64,000 bases of DNA from Vicinamibacteria bacterium (GCA_031392925.1 JANMVV010000009.1:7979-71978), one strand, 5' to 3'. Counted from the stretch's first letter, positions 9,114-19,755 are shown. Numbers and translations are program-made. Notes: a model not told the origin generated them from the letters alone.

Positions 9114-10735
9114 CGCGGTCGGCCCTTTCGCTCGGAAGAGGAGGGAATCCGCATCTCCTCGCGATACTTCGCGACGGTGCGGCGCGCGATGGTGGTGCCC
9201 TGGTACGAAAGCACCTGGCCGATCTGGGCGTCGGAAAGGGGCTTGCCCGGGGTCTCGGCGTCGATCATGTGCCGGATCTTCTCCTTGATCGCCACCGAAC
9301 TGACCGACTCGCCCGAATCTCCTTTGAGGCCGGAGTGGAAGAAGAACTTGAGGGGCAGGACTCCCTGTGGAGTGTGCGCGTGCTTGTTCTGGACGATGCG
9401 GGAAACCGTGGACTCGTGCATCGAGATGTCGTCGGCCACGTCGCGAAGCACCATGGGCCTCAGTGCTGCTATTCCGTGCTCGAAGAACCCCTCCTGGCGC
9501 TTGACGATGGAATCCGCGACCTTGTAGAGCGTCCGCTGCCTCTGGTCGACGCTCTTGATGAGGAAGAGCGCGCTCCTCATCTTGTCGCGGACATAGGTCT
9601 TCGCTTCGTCATCCGCGGGGGAGCCCGCGTTCAGAAACTGCCGGTAGCTCGAGGAAATGCGGAGGCGTGGGAGGGAGTCATCGTTCAGTTCGACCACGAA
9701 CCGTCCGTCTTTCTTGAAGATCATCACGTCCGGAACCACGTAGGACGGGGCCTTGGCGGAGAGCGTGCTGCCGGGCCGCGGATCAAGCCCCTCGATCAGG
9801 TCCAGCCAGTCGAGGACCTCGGCCTCGGGTTTGCCGAGGACGCGGACGAGGCCCGCCACGTCGCGCATTTCCAGCGCGCGCATGTGGGACTCGACGATGG
9901 TTCTGGCCGGGGTGTCGCCGAAACCGAAGTAGGAGAGCTGGATGAGCAGACACTCGCGCAGATCGCGAGCGCCCACTCCCGCCGGGTCGAAGGTCTGGAC
10001 GAGCTTGAGCGCCTTCTCGGCGTCCCCTCGATGGACCTCGGGATCGAGGCCCATGGCCACGCAGATTTCGTCGAGGGTGGTGGGCACGATCTTCCCGCAG
10101 GCCCCGTGGTCGCTCGCCTCGCAGGACGGATCGTGGGTCCGCAGATACCCGTCGTCATCGAGATTCTGGATGATGGCTTCACCCAGGTCACGCACCAGAC
10201 CGGGGGTTGCGTCGTGGCGCAACTGGGCCATTAGATGATCGCGCAGGCCGATGGTGGTGGAGAGGCGGTTCTCGATCGAGTACTCGGAGTCGGGATCGCT
10301 CTGTGCCATGTCCCTCACGCCGATGTCATCGACCACGTTCTCGAAGAGCTTGTCGATGTCGCTGTCCTGAAGGGCGGTCTGCTCCGCGGGCACGGGCTCG
10401 GGGACCGCATCGAGCTGCGGCTCCGCGGACGCGACTTCGGGAGCAAGCTCCACGGACTCAGCGCTCAGATCGACGCCGCCCAAGTCGGCATCGAACTCGG
10501 CCTCGGCGCCGCTCGATCCGTCCGCACCCTCGCTGTCGGTCTCCGGCGCGGGTCCGGCCAACTCGTCGTCGGGAATCTCCTCCAGGAGGGGGTTTTCCAC
10601 CATCTCCTGGTTGATGACGTCCGCCAGTTCGAGGGTGGTGAGGGGCAGCAGCTTGATCGCCTGCTGCATCGCCGGGGTGAGGACCAGACGCTGCGACAGC
10701 TTGGGCGAAAGAGAAAGGCGCTGTTGAAGTGCCAT
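9110..10735 (-). CDS. rpoN: RNA polymerase sigma-54 factor
   Basis: 541 aa. N-terminal MALQQRLSLSPKLSQRLVLTPAMQQAIKLL (Gln/Leu-rich region I). C-terminal RpoN box ARRTVAKYREEM. Confidence 0.95.
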   Translation of the reverse strand: MALQQRLSLSPKLSQRLVLTPAMQQAIKLLPLTTLELADVINQEMVENPLLEEIPDDELAGPAPETDSEGADGSSGAEAEFDADLGGVDLSAESVELAPEVASAEPQLDAVPEPVPAEQTALQDSDIDKLFENVVDDIGVRDMAQSDPDSEYSIENRLSTTIGLRDHLMAQLRHDATPGLVRDLGEAIIQNLDDDGYLRTHDPSCEASDHGACGKIVPTTLDEICVAMGLDPEVHRGDAEKALKLVQTFDPAGVGARDLRECLLIQLSYFGFGDTPARTIVESHMRALEMRDVAGLVRVLGKPEAEVLDWLDLIEGLDPRPGSTLSAKAPSYVVPDVMIFKKDGRFVVELNDDSLPRLRISSSYRQFLNAGSPADDEAKTYVRDKMRSALFLIKSVDQRQRTLYKVADSIVKRQEGFFEHGIAALRPMVLRDVADDISMHESTVSRIVQNKHAHTPQGVLPLKFFFHSGLKGDSGESVSSVAIKEKIRHMIDAETPGKPLSDAQIGQVLSYQGTTIARRTVAKYREEMRIPSSSERKGRPR

Positions 10736-10738
10736 GGT

Positions 10739-11494
10739 TTAGCCCTTGGTCTCCGGAAGCATGAGGTCGAAATCATCGCCCAGGTAGACGCGTCGCACCT
10801 CGGGGTCGGTGGCGAGCGCCCTCGGCGTGCCCGTGCGGAAGACTTCGCCGTCGCGGATAATGTAGGCGCGATCGGTGATGCGGAGGGTCTCGCGGACGTT
10901 GTGGTCGGTGATAAGGATCCCGAGGCCCCGCTTCTTGAGGTACTCGATGATCCTCTGGATGTCGGCGACCGCAATGGGGTCGATACCCGCGAAGGGCTCG
11001 TCGAGGAGGATGAACAGGGGCGAGGCGGCGAGCGCGCGGCAGATCTCGAGACGGCGGCGCTCACCGCCCGAGAGCGTGTCGGCGCGCTGATGCGCGAGGC
11101 TCGCGATGCCGAGCTCTTGGAGGAGTTCGAGGGCCCGCGTCTTCTGCTCGCGCAGGGAGTAGCCGAGGGTCTCGAGGACGGCGAGGATGTTCTCCTCGGT
11201 GGTCAGTTTCCGGAAGACACTCGCCTCCTGGGGCAGATAGCCTATGCCCGCGCGAGCGCGGAGGTACATGGGCAGGCTCGTGATGTCGTCGCGGCCTAAA
11301 AACACCGACCCCGAGCGGGGCTTGGTGAGACCCACCACCATGTAGAAGGTCGTGGTCTTTCCCGCGCCGTTCGGGCCCAGAAGACCCACCACTTCCCCGG
11401 TGGAGATCTCGATGTCGACGTCCTTCACGACCACGCGGGAGCCATAGGCCTTGGTGAGGCCCTCTCCGCGAAGGACGATCTGCGGCGCGCTCAC
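10739..11494 (-). CDS. lptB: LPS export ABC transporter ATP-binding protein LptB
   Basis: 251 aa. Walker [18 protein letters not shown] signature and the conserved position directly upstream of rpoN. Confidence 0.9.
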   Translation of the reverse strand: MSAPQIVLRGEGLTKAYGSRVVVKDVDIEISTGEVVGLLGPNGAGKTTTFYMVVGLTKPRSGSVFLGRDDITSLPMYLRARAGIGYLPQEASVFRKLTTEENILAVLETLGYSLREQKTRALELLQELGIASLAHQRADTLSGGERRRLEICRALAASPLFILLDEPFAGIDPIAVADIQRIIEYLKKRGLGILITDHNVRETLRITDRAYIIRDGEVFRTGTPRALATDPEVRRVYLGDDFDLMLPETKG

Positions 11495-13608
11495 GGTTTG
11501 ATGATCTTTCTCTGAAGCACGGTTTCGGTTCGCCCTTCTTCCCCCACCACTTCGACCTGATCCCCCGACGTAAAGAAGACCACGGACTTGCCCTGCACGC
11601 GGCGTCCCTGAGCTTCGAGTTTGACCGGCGCTCCCGCCATGGCCACGCGGCCATCCTTGGGAGTGTATAGAAGGTGCGTCCCCTCCGCGGTTCGTTCCAT
11701 GGCCTTGATCGCGACGAGGCCTCCTTGCGCCTCGAGACTCTTGATCTCGAACCCGCCCGCGGGGCCGAGGCCGACCAGGATCTCTGGGGCCCTGGTCTCG
11801 AAATCCTTCTGCTTCACCGAAGCCGCACCAAGAAACGCGAACCGGCGGTCGGCCGGGGTATAGATCATCTTCGCGGCGCGCGCATCGAGGCCCGCGCCGC
11901 TGGCACCTCCCGCCACCAGGATCTCGACATCCGCATCGGCCGTGATCTTGGCGCCCTGGGATGTTTCCACCGTCTCGATGTTGAGCGCGCGCATCTCGTC
12001 GTCACCGGCGCGCAGGACCACCCGGTCGATGTACTGGGTCTTCTTGAGCGGCGCCTCGTAGATCACCTGGCGGGAGGTGGCCAAAAGGTCCGAGCCCGCC
12101 GTGCCGAAAGGCGCTCCCGGAATGCCGCCCTTCTGGGTGTGCCGCACCCCTCCCCAGGCGCGGAAAGAGCCGCTCCGCGTATCGATGTCGATCGTCGAGG
12201 AGACAAGGGACACCTTGGAGAGCGCGTCGTCGAACGAGGCTCCCCCGGACACCACCATGCGCGCGGTCTTCTCTGAGAACTCAGCCTTGTTCCCCTTGCC
12301 CCGCTGGCTCTTCTTCTCGAACAGCACGTTCTCGTCGAACCTGATCGCGTCCGCCTCTCCGGTCTGTGGATCAAGCGCGGCGAAGAAGTAGGTGGCGGAG
12401 ATGGACCGGGCCTCGCCTGCGGCGGGCCTCAGCGGGATGAAGCGGATGCTGGTGTTGAAGTTGCCCTGGTATTCCTTCAGCTTCCCTCCCGGTCCGAACT
12501 TGAAGACCAGGGCGTCGGCACGGATCTCCCGCCGCTCGGGCGGGTCGCCGGGACCAGGCTCCACGATCATCAGGCCTTCGGGCCCGGCGGACACCTCCTC
12601 GAGCACCCGGCCCTCTCCGAACGTCATCTCGAGCCTTCGGCCCCGGATGGTCTTGGGACCGGTCGCCCGGGGGAAAGAGAAGCCAAGGGTCGCGGTGTCC
12701 CCCTGAGCCACGAGCTCGAAACCCTCCCGGAAGAGCGCCCTGTAGATGACGTGATCTCCTCCGAAATACAGTTCCAGGGAGCCCGACTGCGTCCGATTGG
12801 CCCCCTGTTTGACCCGCACGTTTCCTTCGAGGAAGAGCGCGTTCTGCTCGCGTGAAAGGCACCCGGCGTTGGCGGCGATGTCGGCGGGCGCATCGTCGGG
12901 GTCCCGTAGCCGGATCTTGACGTCCCGGAAGAAGGTAATCGAGTCGCTCCAACCCTCGTAGAGCATGCCCAGCGCCTCGCCGGAAATGTCCTTTCGGTGC
13001 CACCGGACCGCTCGCTCGCTCTGGGCGAGGCCGTCGCGGCCGTCATAGAAGAGTTCGTCGGTCTCCAGGACGAAGCCGTCGTCCGTGGTCATCTTCACGT
13101 GACCCTGAAACAGGGCGGAGGGACGGCTCGCGACATGCTGGGCATGGTCGGCCACGATTTCCATGCTGGCCTGCTTGCCTTGGGACATGAAGGGGATGCG
13201 CGCCTTGACCGTGTCGAGGAACCGCCGCTCGGTTTCCTTTCCCGACGAATCCTGGGCCTCGAGCTCAAGACCCTTCTTCCCCGACGCGTGCCACTGGGTG
13301 AACACCAATGCCTCCAGCTTGTCGGCCTTCGGATCGGTGGGGGCGTATCCGGTACCGTTTGGAGAAGTGGATGTCGAAACACCCGAGGGAGGTGAGGTCG
13401 CGGCGGGGTCGGTCAGGCCCGGGGCCTGCTTGGGCCGGGGCTTTAGCAGGGCCTGCAAAACTGATCCCGAGACCCCGATCACCACCACCAGAGCGAGCGT
13501 TCTCAGGATCCAAGTGGGATTGGATCGGAGTGCGCCCGCCCGGCGCTTTTCCTGGAACGACTCTTGCATTGGCTGAGGGTTATAGACCGATCTCTCGGTT
13601 TGGGGCAA
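11491..13608 (-). CDS. LptC/LptA-family (OstA-like) protein; membrane-anchored, multi-repeat, apparent LptC-LptA fusion
   Basis: 705 aa. N-terminal TM anchor [15 protein letters not shown], then repeated beta-rich OstA-like segments. C-terminal [43 protein letters not shown] resembles the LptA C-terminus. Sits at the lptC-lptA position upstream of lptB. Confidence 0.6.
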   Translation of the reverse strand: MPQTERSVYNPQPMQESFQEKRRAGALRSNPTWILRTLALVVVIGVSGSVLQALLKPRPKQAPGLTDPAATSPPSGVSTSTSPNGTGYAPTDPKADKLEALVFTQWHASGKKGLELEAQDSSGKETERRFLDTVKARIPFMSQGKQASMEIVADHAQHVASRPSALFQGHVKMTTDDGFVLETDELFYDGRDGLAQSERAVRWHRKDISGEALGMLYEGWSDSITFFRDVKIRLRDPDDAPADIAANAGCLSREQNALFLEGNVRVKQGANRTQSGSLELYFGGDHVIYRALFREGFELVAQGDTATLGFSFPRATGPKTIRGRRLEMTFGEGRVLEEVSAGPEGLMIVEPGPGDPPERREIRADALVFKFGPGGKLKEYQGNFNTSIRFIPLRPAAGEARSISATYFFAALDPQTGEADAIRFDENVLFEKKSQRGKGNKAEFSEKTARMVVSGGASFDDALSKVSLVSSTIDIDTRSGSFRAWGGVRHTQKGGIPGAPFGTAGSDLLATSRQVIYEAPLKKTQYIDRVVLRAGDDEMRALNIETVETSQGAKITADADVEILVAGGASGAGLDARAAKMIYTPADRRFAFLGAASVKQKDFETRAPEILVGLGPAGGFEIKSLEAQGGLVAIKAMERTAEGTHLLYTPKDGRVAMAGAPVKLEAQGRRVQGKSVVFFTSGDQVEVVGEEGRTETVLQRKIIKP

Positions 13609-13796
13609 GTTTTGTGTCGCGGGGCGGACCCGATGCCGCAGGCCCTGGAGTTAGGGTCGCGACGGTCCTTGGAAACCAGGGACCTTCACCGCCCACGGTC
13701 GTCTCTCTCCCAAGGAATGAAGCCCTGAAGGGCCCAGTCCTGTTGTGGCTCCGGGGGCATCAAGCCACCAACGATGCAAGAACAGGAGAGAGAACA

Positions 13797-14093
13797 ATGC
13801 GTATTGAATTTTTCGACAGGGCCAGTGCGCCCAAGAACCTCATCAGCGAGGCGGAGATCTTTTTCGATGCCGAGGACGGCCTGCTCGCCGGGCTGAAACT
13901 GACCGGCTTCACCCTCTGGCGGACGGAGAAGGGGGAGCCAAGCGTCACCGTGCCGGCAAGGTCCTGGGGCGAGGGGGGAGAGCGGCAGTTCTGGGATCTC
14001 CTCAGGGCCGGCGACGGGGGTGTTGAAGCCCTGAGGCGGTTGAAAGCGGCCATGTGCGATCAGCACCGGCTCAGAGACCGGAACAGCGCCTAG
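13797..14093 (+). CDS. small conserved protein, SpoVG-like (tentative)
   Basis: 98 aa with a strong RBS (AGGAGAGAGAACA-ATG). Pattern GFTLWRTEKGEPSVTVPARS...GERQFWDLLR resembles SpoVG (IRVI..NGLFVAMPS....GEFRDIAHP). Neighbourhood (ispE, prs, ctc, pth) matches the Bacillus spoVG region. Protein match is weak. Confidence 0.4.
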   Translation: MRIEFFDRASAPKNLISEAEIFFDAEDGLLAGLKLTGFTLWRTEKGEPSVTVPARSWGEGGERQFWDLLRAGDGGVEALRRLKAAMCDQHRLRDRNSA

Positions 14094-14198
14094 AACGGCC
14101 CGTGAGAGCGGAGGCTTGAGGAGAGTCGGCGCGGCCTTGGGCCTCCCTCGTTCCCTTTCTTTCCCAAAGCGAGGGTCGCGTGACACAATCTCGGATCA

Positions 14199-16139
14199 AT
14201 GATGCCTCTCTCCGTGTTGGTGCTGGCTGTGTGGGCCCAGTCAGCCCCTCCTCCTTCGAATCCGTCCGCCGCCTATGGCCTGTTTCTCGAGGCCCTCTCG
14301 CTTCGGGACCAGGGGCATAACGACGAGGCCCTGAAAGTCCTTCAAAAGGCCCTCAGGGCCGACCCCAAGGCGGCCGACGCCCAGGCGGAAATAGCTCGCC
14401 TGCACATGGATGAGGGTCACTTCACACTCGCCGTGCAGGCGGTCAATCAGGCCATCAAGATCTCTCCCGACCGGGCCGACCTTCGGAGTTTGGCCGGCCA
14501 GGTGCACCAGTTCTACGGCCAGTCGGGAGGCGGCGAGGCCGAGCTCCGGCTCGCCGCCCGGGAGTACGAAACGGCCGCCACCCTCGACCCGGCTGACCCC
14601 GCACCCCTGCGGGACCTGACCCGGCTCTATTCGGTGTTGCGCGACGCCAAGGCCGCCCTCGCCACCTGGAAACGGCTCTCGGTCGCCGATCCAAACAACA
14701 TCGATGCGTTCGTACAGGTCGCCAACCTGTCCATCAACGCGGGCGATGCCCAGGGAGCCGTTGCGGCCCTGGAGACCGCCGTCGCCGCCGATCCTCAAAA
14801 CGCGCGCGTCCTGCAGATCCTGGGAGACATCCAGCAGCAGGCCGGAAAGACCGATGAGGCGCTCAAGCACTACACGGCCGCCGCGAAGCTCGACAGCAAG
14901 GACCTCGTCACCCGCCTCAAGATCGGCGAAATCCTGATCGACTCCCATCGCGGGGCGGAGGCTCTCGGTATGGCCGGCGAGATGCTCAAGGAGGACGCCA
15001 GCAACCGGTTTGGCCTGGATCTCAAGGCGCGTGCGCTCAAGGAACTGCGGCGCGTCGACGAGGCCCTCGTGATCGCGGAAAGCCTCTCCGCGAGCGACCC
15101 CAAGGATTTGAAGGCCGCGTTCCTCGTCGTCACCCTTCTCGAGCAGAAAGGCGCGCTCGATCAGGCGGACGAAAAGCTCAGCACCCTCCTGCGCCGGAAT
15201 ACCTCGAACGAAGACGCGGAAAGCATCGCCCGGAACAACCGGGTGTTCTGGGCGCACGCCGGCATGGTCCGGCAAAGGCTCGGCCGATACCAGGAGGCCG
15301 CCGATGCCTTCGGCGAGGCCGCGAACGCGGGCAAGGAGAAGGACGCCTCTCTCGTCACCTACAGGATCGATTCGCTCATCTCGGCCAAGGCATTCGACAA
15401 GGCCCTGAAAGAGGCTCGGGTAGCCAAGCTGGAGCCCTCTTTCAAGGACGTGGCGGATCTCAAATTCCTCGAGGCCTACGCTCTGCGCGGGACCGGCGAC
15501 GAAAAGGGGGCGTCCGCCCTGGTGGACGCGATACTTTCGACCACCAAGGACGAGGTGAACGACACCCTGGCCGCGGCCGACTTCTACCAGCGCGGAAAGA
15601 ACCCGGCGCGCGCCCAGGAACTCTTCGCCCGCGCCACCCTCAAGGACCCGAAGAACGTCCGCGCCTTCTTCAGCCTCGGCTCGGTCCTCGAGCGCCAGAA
15701 GAAGTACGACGAAGCCGAAAAGGCCTTCCGCAGCGCCCTTGCCCTTGCTCCCGATTCGGCCATCACCCTCAACTATCTCGGCTACATGAACGCAGACCGC
15801 AAGGTGAAGGTTGACGAGGCCCTCTCGCTGATTGAGAAGGCGCTCGTCGCCGATCCGGAGAACGGCTCGTACCTCGACAGCCTGGCCTGGGCCCTTCACC
15901 GCCTTGGGCGTTACGGCGAGGCCGAAACCGCGATCCGGAAGGCCATCGTGTCGCAGGACAAGAACGCAGTGGTCATGGCGCACCTCGGCCTCATCCTGGC
16001 CGCGAAGGGAGACCACGCCGAGGCTTTGAAGTACCTGCGCCTCTCCCTCGAAGGCGAGGACGAGGACGGCGAACTCGACCGCACCCTGGTGGAGAACAAG
16101 ATCCGGGATCTGTCGCGGGCCGCCCAGAAGAAGCCTTGA
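14199..16139 (+). CDS. tetratricopeptide-repeat protein, secreted/periplasmic
   Basis: 646 aa. Signal peptide MMPLSVLVLAVWAQSAPPP, then multiple 34-residue TPR-like repeats (A..Y.....G....A......A). Stop overlaps the start of the next gene. Confidence 0.75.
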   Translation: MMPLSVLVLAVWAQSAPPPSNPSAAYGLFLEALSLRDQGHNDEALKVLQKALRADPKAADAQAEIARLHMDEGHFTLAVQAVNQAIKISPDRADLRSLAGQVHQFYGQSGGGEAELRLAAREYETAATLDPADPAPLRDLTRLYSVLRDAKAALATWKRLSVADPNNIDAFVQVANLSINAGDAQGAVAALETAVAADPQNARVLQILGDIQQQAGKTDEALKHYTAAAKLDSKDLVTRLKIGEILIDSHRGAEALGMAGEMLKEDASNRFGLDLKARALKELRRVDEALVIAESLSASDPKDLKAAFLVVTLLEQKGALDQADEKLSTLLRRNTSNEDAESIARNNRVFWAHAGMVRQRLGRYQEAADAFGEAANAGKEKDASLVTYRIDSLISAKAFDKALKEARVAKLEPSFKDVADLKFLEAYALRGTGDEKGASALVDAILSTTKDEVNDTLAAADFYQRGKNPARAQELFARATLKDPKNVRAFFSLGSVLERQKKYDEAEKAFRSALALAPDSAITLNYLGYMNADRKVKVDEALSLIEKALVADPENGSYLDSLAWALHRLGRYGEAETAIRKAIVSQDKNAVVMAHLGLILAAKGDHAEALKYLRLSLEGEDEDGELDRTLVENKIRDLSRAAQKKP

Positions 16140-16729
16140 AGCGCAGAGGCGTCGTGGCGCTCCTCGCGATGTCTCTTGCCGCCTGCGCCACCCGCGGGCA
16201 CATCGCCACTCCCGACGAGATGGCGCTTCTCGCGAAGACGGGCGGCCTCTCCTCCGCGGGCCGGATCACCCTCGAAGGACCCAAGGGGAGATTCTCGGCC
16301 CGGGTGGTTTTCGGGGCGGCCCGACCGGACTCCCTCCGCATCGAGATTCCGGCCGGAACCGGACTTCGCTTCCTTCTGGTGGCGAAGGACGGACAGCTCC
16401 GTGCCGACCTTCCCGGGGACGATGCGATGTTCGAGGGGCCGGCCACGAGCGAAGTCATGAACGGCCTGTTCGGAATCGACGTGGCGCCCAAAGACCTCGT
16501 GGGCGCGCTCCTCGGATCGCCCCCCGAATCGCTCAATGTCTTTTGGCGGTTCGAGCGGGCGCTGCCCGCGCAGATGACCATCCGCGGATCGAACGCCACC
16601 CGCCTCACCTTGAGCCTCGACGAGGCTGAAGTCCAGTTGCCTAGGTCTCAGGCCTTCGACTTCGGTCCGCCCCGGGGAAGCGCCTGGACAATTCGGGAAA
16701 TGGCCGACCGCCTGGGACTCACACGATGA
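16136..16729 (+). CDS. LolB-like outer-membrane lipoprotein (LolA/LolB fold, tentative)
   Basis: 197 aa. Lipobox LAAC at residues 15-18. Size and position immediately upstream of ispE match the conserved lolB-ispE pairing. Sequence similarity is modest. Confidence 0.5.
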   Translation: MKRRGVVALLAMSLAACATRGHIATPDEMALLAKTGGLSSAGRITLEGPKGRFSARVVFGAARPDSLRIEIPAGTGLRFLLVAKDGQLRADLPGDDAMFEGPATSEVMNGLFGIDVAPKDLVGALLGSPPESLNVFWRFERALPAQMTIRGSNATRLTLSLDEAEVQLPRSQAFDFGPPRGSAWTIREMADRLGLTR

Positions 16730-17625
16730 CCGCGCGACGTTTCCGCTCGTTCGCGAAAATCAACCTCGGGCTCGAGGTGGTGGGGCGACTTCCGGACGGC
16801 TACCACGAACTGAAGACGCTCTTCGCTATGTTGAGCCTCTACGACACCATCGAGATCTCGCCGACGAAGGGCAGCATCTCGGTCCGCTCCGATCATCCGG
16901 ACGTCCCGGGCGACCAGACGAACCTGGCCCATCGCGCGGTCGCCTTGATGCAGCGGCTGGCGGGCCGGAAAGGCGGCGTCGCCATGGTCATCCACAAGCG
17001 CATCGCGGTGGGCGGGGGCCTCGGCGGGGGCAGCAGCAACGCGGCGACGGTGTTGCGCGCGCTCGATCTGATGTGGAACCTGGGGCTTGGTCCGGAGGGA
17101 TTGATCGAGACCGCGAAGTCCCTGGGCGCAGATGTTCCCTACTTTCTTTTCGGCGGGCCGGCGCTTGGCCTCGGTCGCGGAGACGACATCCGTCCCCTCG
17201 ACCTGCGGCTCGACCAGAAGGTCCTTCTCGTTCCCGGGCACGGCGGCGTCTCCACCGCCCGAGTGTTCAAACGCTTCGAAGAAGACGGCGGGCCTTCGGG
17301 CGCGCCGTCGCGGATCGATTCATTTCTCCGAAAACCGCTCTCTCTGAGCACGCTTCGCAACGATCTCGAGCGGGCGGCGATCGAGGAGAGTCCGAAGCTC
17401 GCCGAGGTCGCGCGCGGGATTCGCAGGGTCGGGCGGGCCGCGGGAGCGGTTCAGGCCGCCATGTCCGGGAGCGGCTCCTGCTTCTTCCTGTTGTTCGAGG
17501 ATGCGACGTCCAGAGCGAGGGCCAGCCAGGAGCTACGCGATGCCGGAGTCCCCAGCATTCGCTGCTCGTTCGTCTCGAAGCGCTCCTACGAGAGCCGGTT
17601 CGAAATCCGGAACGAGGGGAGCTAG
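16726..17625 (+). CDS. ispE: 4-diphosphocytidyl-2-C-methyl-D-erythritol kinase
   Basis: 299 aa. FAKINLGLEVVGRLPDGYHEL...GGGLGGGSSNAA matches the GHMP kinase IspE signature. Confidence 0.9.
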   Translation: MTARRFRSFAKINLGLEVVGRLPDGYHELKTLFAMLSLYDTIEISPTKGSISVRSDHPDVPGDQTNLAHRAVALMQRLAGRKGGVAMVIHKRIAVGGGLGGGSSNAATVLRALDLMWNLGLGPEGLIETAKSLGADVPYFLFGGPALGLGRGDDIRPLDLRLDQKVLLVPGHGGVSTARVFKRFEEDGGPSGAPSRIDSFLRKPLSLSTLRNDLERAAIEESPKLAEVARGIRRVGRAAGAVQAAMSGSGSCFFLLFEDATSRARASQELRDAGVPSIRCSFVSKRSYESRFEIRNEGS

Positions 17626-18605
17626 GGAAGAAAAGGCTCCGGAGCCGCGTGGTTCCGCGGGCCGTCCACCTCGCGGAGCAGAGCTTCGGCGGCGATGCGA
17701 TGCGCCACTTCATTGGGGTGCTCATCCGCGCCCCCTTCGACCACGAGGAGCCTCCAGTCGAGTCCACGGTAGTAGGGCAGCAGATCCACGTAGATCACGC
17801 CGAGGGGACGGCACAGAGCCTCGAGCTTCCTGTGAATCGACTCGAACGGGTACGTCCGGTCCAGCGGATTTCCGAAGAGGGGAAACACGGCCACGATGAG
17901 CGGCACCTTGTGCTCATGGGCGAGTGCCGCGATCTCGGTGAGGCCCTTGACCACGGCCTGGTACCCGGGAGAATCGTCCCGGTAGACGGCCAGGTAGTTG
18001 GCGATCCGCACCCGGTTCTCGCGTGTCGCTATCAACCGGTCAACGATGAGGCTCGAAAGGGCAGACCGTCGCCAGAAAGAGGGGCGGTCACTCTGAGGGC
18101 CGAGCCCCTGGAGCCATTCATCGGCCCGCTTCTGCTCGCCCTTGCCCGGGGTCTCGGCATCATTGAGCACGTACCCGAGGAACAGCAGGTCGGGTTCGTA
18201 CTCGAAGGCTTCGTTCCGGATGATCTCCGCTTCCTTCGGCGTGGCGATCCCCGGTACGGCCAGGACCACGGCTTCCCAGGGCTCTCCCCGGTCGACGGTC
18301 AGGGCCCGGGCCACTCGTTGCGAGTAGGTGTCGTCGAAGAGAACGCCCGCGCCATAGGTGAAGGAATCGCCGACGAAGACCGCGCGGTGAACGCCTTGCG
18401 CCTTCTTCTTCGTGTGCTCGAAATCCCGGTAATGGGCGGAATTCTCCGGACGAAAGGACGCTCCACCCCGCACCGTCGGGTATCCGTTATGCCGAAGGGG
18501 CTTGGGGACCATCAGACGAACCGCTCCCTCGAGGCAGACGAGGCCAAAGGCCGTGCCGCAGAGAAGCAGCGCGGCTTCGGCGAAACGCTTCTGTCTCAGG
18601 CCCAT
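17622..18605 (-). CDS. SGNH/GDSL hydrolase family protein, membrane-anchored
   Basis: Start trimmed to MGLRQKRF (328 aa), because the longer ORF-track version runs antisense through a tRNA gene. N-terminal TM helix, block [11 protein letters not shown] and block V DEHPN. Confidence 0.7.
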   Translation of the reverse strand: MGLRQKRFAEAALLLCGTAFGLVCLEGAVRLMVPKPLRHNGYPTVRGGASFRPENSAHYRDFEHTKKKAQGVHRAVFVGDSFTYGAGVLFDDTYSQRVARALTVDRGEPWEAVVLAVPGIATPKEAEIIRNEAFEYEPDLLFLGYVLNDAETPGKGEQKRADEWLQGLGPQSDRPSFWRRSALSSLIVDRLIATRENRVRIANYLAVYRDDSPGYQAVVKGLTEIAALAHEHKVPLIVAVFPLFGNPLDRTYPFESIHRKLEALCRPLGVIYVDLLPYYRGLDWRLLVVEGGADEHPNEVAHRIAAEALLREVDGPRNHAAPEPFLP

Positions 18606-18676
18606 GGCGGGCGCCGACGCTAGCACAAACGATTCAGGCTCTTCTTCGTTAAGCTTCGCCCCTCTCCTCTCCCCAC

Positions 18677-18751
18677 TGGGGCGTCGCCAAGCGGTAAGGC
18701 TCGGGACTTTGAATCCCGCATTCGAAGGTTCGAATCCTTCCGCCCCAGCCA
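18677..18751 (+). tRNA. tRNA-Gln (anticodon TTG)
   Basis: Manually folded cloverleaf. Acceptor TGGGGCG/CGCCCCA. Anticodon stem CGGGA/TCCCG with loop CTTTGAA gives anticodon UUG. T-arm GAAGG-TTCGAAT-CCTTC. Discriminator G then CCA. Coordinates may be off by 1. Confidence 0.85.
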
Positions 18752-18807
18752 AAGAGAGGCCACCACGCAGATTTCCCCCTGAAGATTCCTTAGAGGAAAA
18801 AGTCGCC

Positions 18808-19755
18808 ATGGTTCGACCACCCCACGACATGAAGATCTTCACCGGGAGCGCCAACCGGTCCTTGGGCGAATCGGTCTCCCGATATCTCAAGGTGCCGCTC
18901 GGCAAGACCCACCTGTCCAGATTCCTCGACGGCGAGGTCTGGTTCCAGATCGAGGAGAACGTCCGCGGCAAGGACGTCTTCGTGCTCCAGTCCACCTCGA
19001 CCCCGGTCAATGAGCATCTGATGGAACTGCTCATCATGATCGACGCCTTCAGGCGCGCGAGCGCCGCCCGCATCACCGCGGTCATTCCCTACTACGGGTA
19101 CGCCCGCCAGGACCGCAAGGACCGGCCGCGCGTTCCCATCTCGGCCAAGCTCGTGGCGAACCTCATCTCCACCGCGGGCTGCAACCGCGTGCTCACCATG
19201 GACCTGCATGCCTCGCAAATCCAGGGGTTCTTCGACGTGCCGGTCGACCACCTCTTCGCCGCGCCCGTCATCATCGACCACGTGGCCCAGATGGGCCTTG
19301 AAGATCTTTGCGTCGTCTCCCCCGACGCAGGCGGCGTGGAGCGCGCGCGCGCCTACGCCAAGCGCCTCGGCGCCACCCTCGCGATCGTCGACAAGCGGCG
19401 AGAGACCGCAAACGTGGCCGAAGTGCACAACGTGATCGGCGACGTCGCCGGGAAGACTGTTCTCATCGTGGACGACCTCGTCGACACCGCGGGAACTCTG
19501 TGCAAGGTCGCGGAGGCGCTGGGAGAAGCGGGGGCCGGCAAGATCCTCGCGTCCGCCTCTCACGCCGTCCTTTCCGGCAACGCGGTGCGGAACATCAATG
19601 CCAGCCAGATCGCCCAGTTGATCGTCACCGACTCCATCGAGGAGAGACCGGACAGAAAATCAGATAAGATTGTCGTTCTGCCCATCGGAGAGCTGATGGG
19701 CAAGGCCATCCAGAATATCCACGAAGAAGCGTCCGTCACGAGCCTCTTCATTTGA
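18808..19755 (+). CDS. prs: ribose-phosphate pyrophosphokinase
   Basis: Start trimmed to [20 protein letters not shown] synthetase motifs ([20 protein letters not shown]). Followed by rplY and pth. Confidence 0.95.
   Translation: MVRPPHDMKIFTGSANRSLGESVSRYLKVPLGKTHLSRFLDGEVWFQIEENVRGKDVFVLQSTSTPVNEHLMELLIMIDAFRRASAARITAVIPYYGYARQDRKDRPRVPISAKLVANLISTAGCNRVLTMDLHASQIQGFFDVPVDHLFAAPVIIDHVAQMGLEDLCVVSPDAGGVERARAYAKRLGATLAIVDKRRETANVAEVHNVIGDVAGKTVLIVDDLVDTAGTLCKVAEALGEAGAGKILASASHAVLSGNAVRNINASQIAQLIVTDSIEERPDRKSDKIVVLPIGELMGKAIQNIHEEASVTSLFI

Noticed and set aside
13609-13796. Search for sigma-54 promoters (GG-N10-GC, TGGCAC-N5-TTGC) in this and other intergenic regions (44016-44101, 53725-53898, 57407-57515)
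   Set aside because: Only near-misses with wrong spacing were found by eye (for example TGGCTCCGGGGGCATC at about 13770). A systematic position-weight-matrix scan is needed.
17073-18623. 516-aa plus-strand ORF and similar long ORFs (43143-44018, 59384-60865, 62337-63578, 10235-11299 and others)
   Set aside because: All overlap well-supported genes on the other strand, have Arg/Gly/Asp/Glu/His-rich antisense composition and lack any start-site signal or motifs.
18781-18783. Apparent in-frame TGA inside prs in my manual read of the printed sequence (possible prs pseudogene or readthrough)
   Set aside because: The ORF track reports a continuous 417-aa frame through this point and prs is collinear with orthologues on both sides. 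The printed sequence should be re-checked.
18606-18807. tRNA-Gln as a possible integration hotspot or genomic-island boundary
   Set aside because: No integrase, direct repeat of the tRNA 3' end or compositional break nearby. Flanking genes (ispE, prs) are core and syntenic.
17622-19085. 487-aa minus-strand ORF from the ORF track
   Set aside because: Its upstream two thirds run antisense through the tRNA-Gln gene and the prs start region. Only the downstream part (from MGLRQKRF at 18605) has SGNH hydrolase motifs, so the CDS was trimmed.
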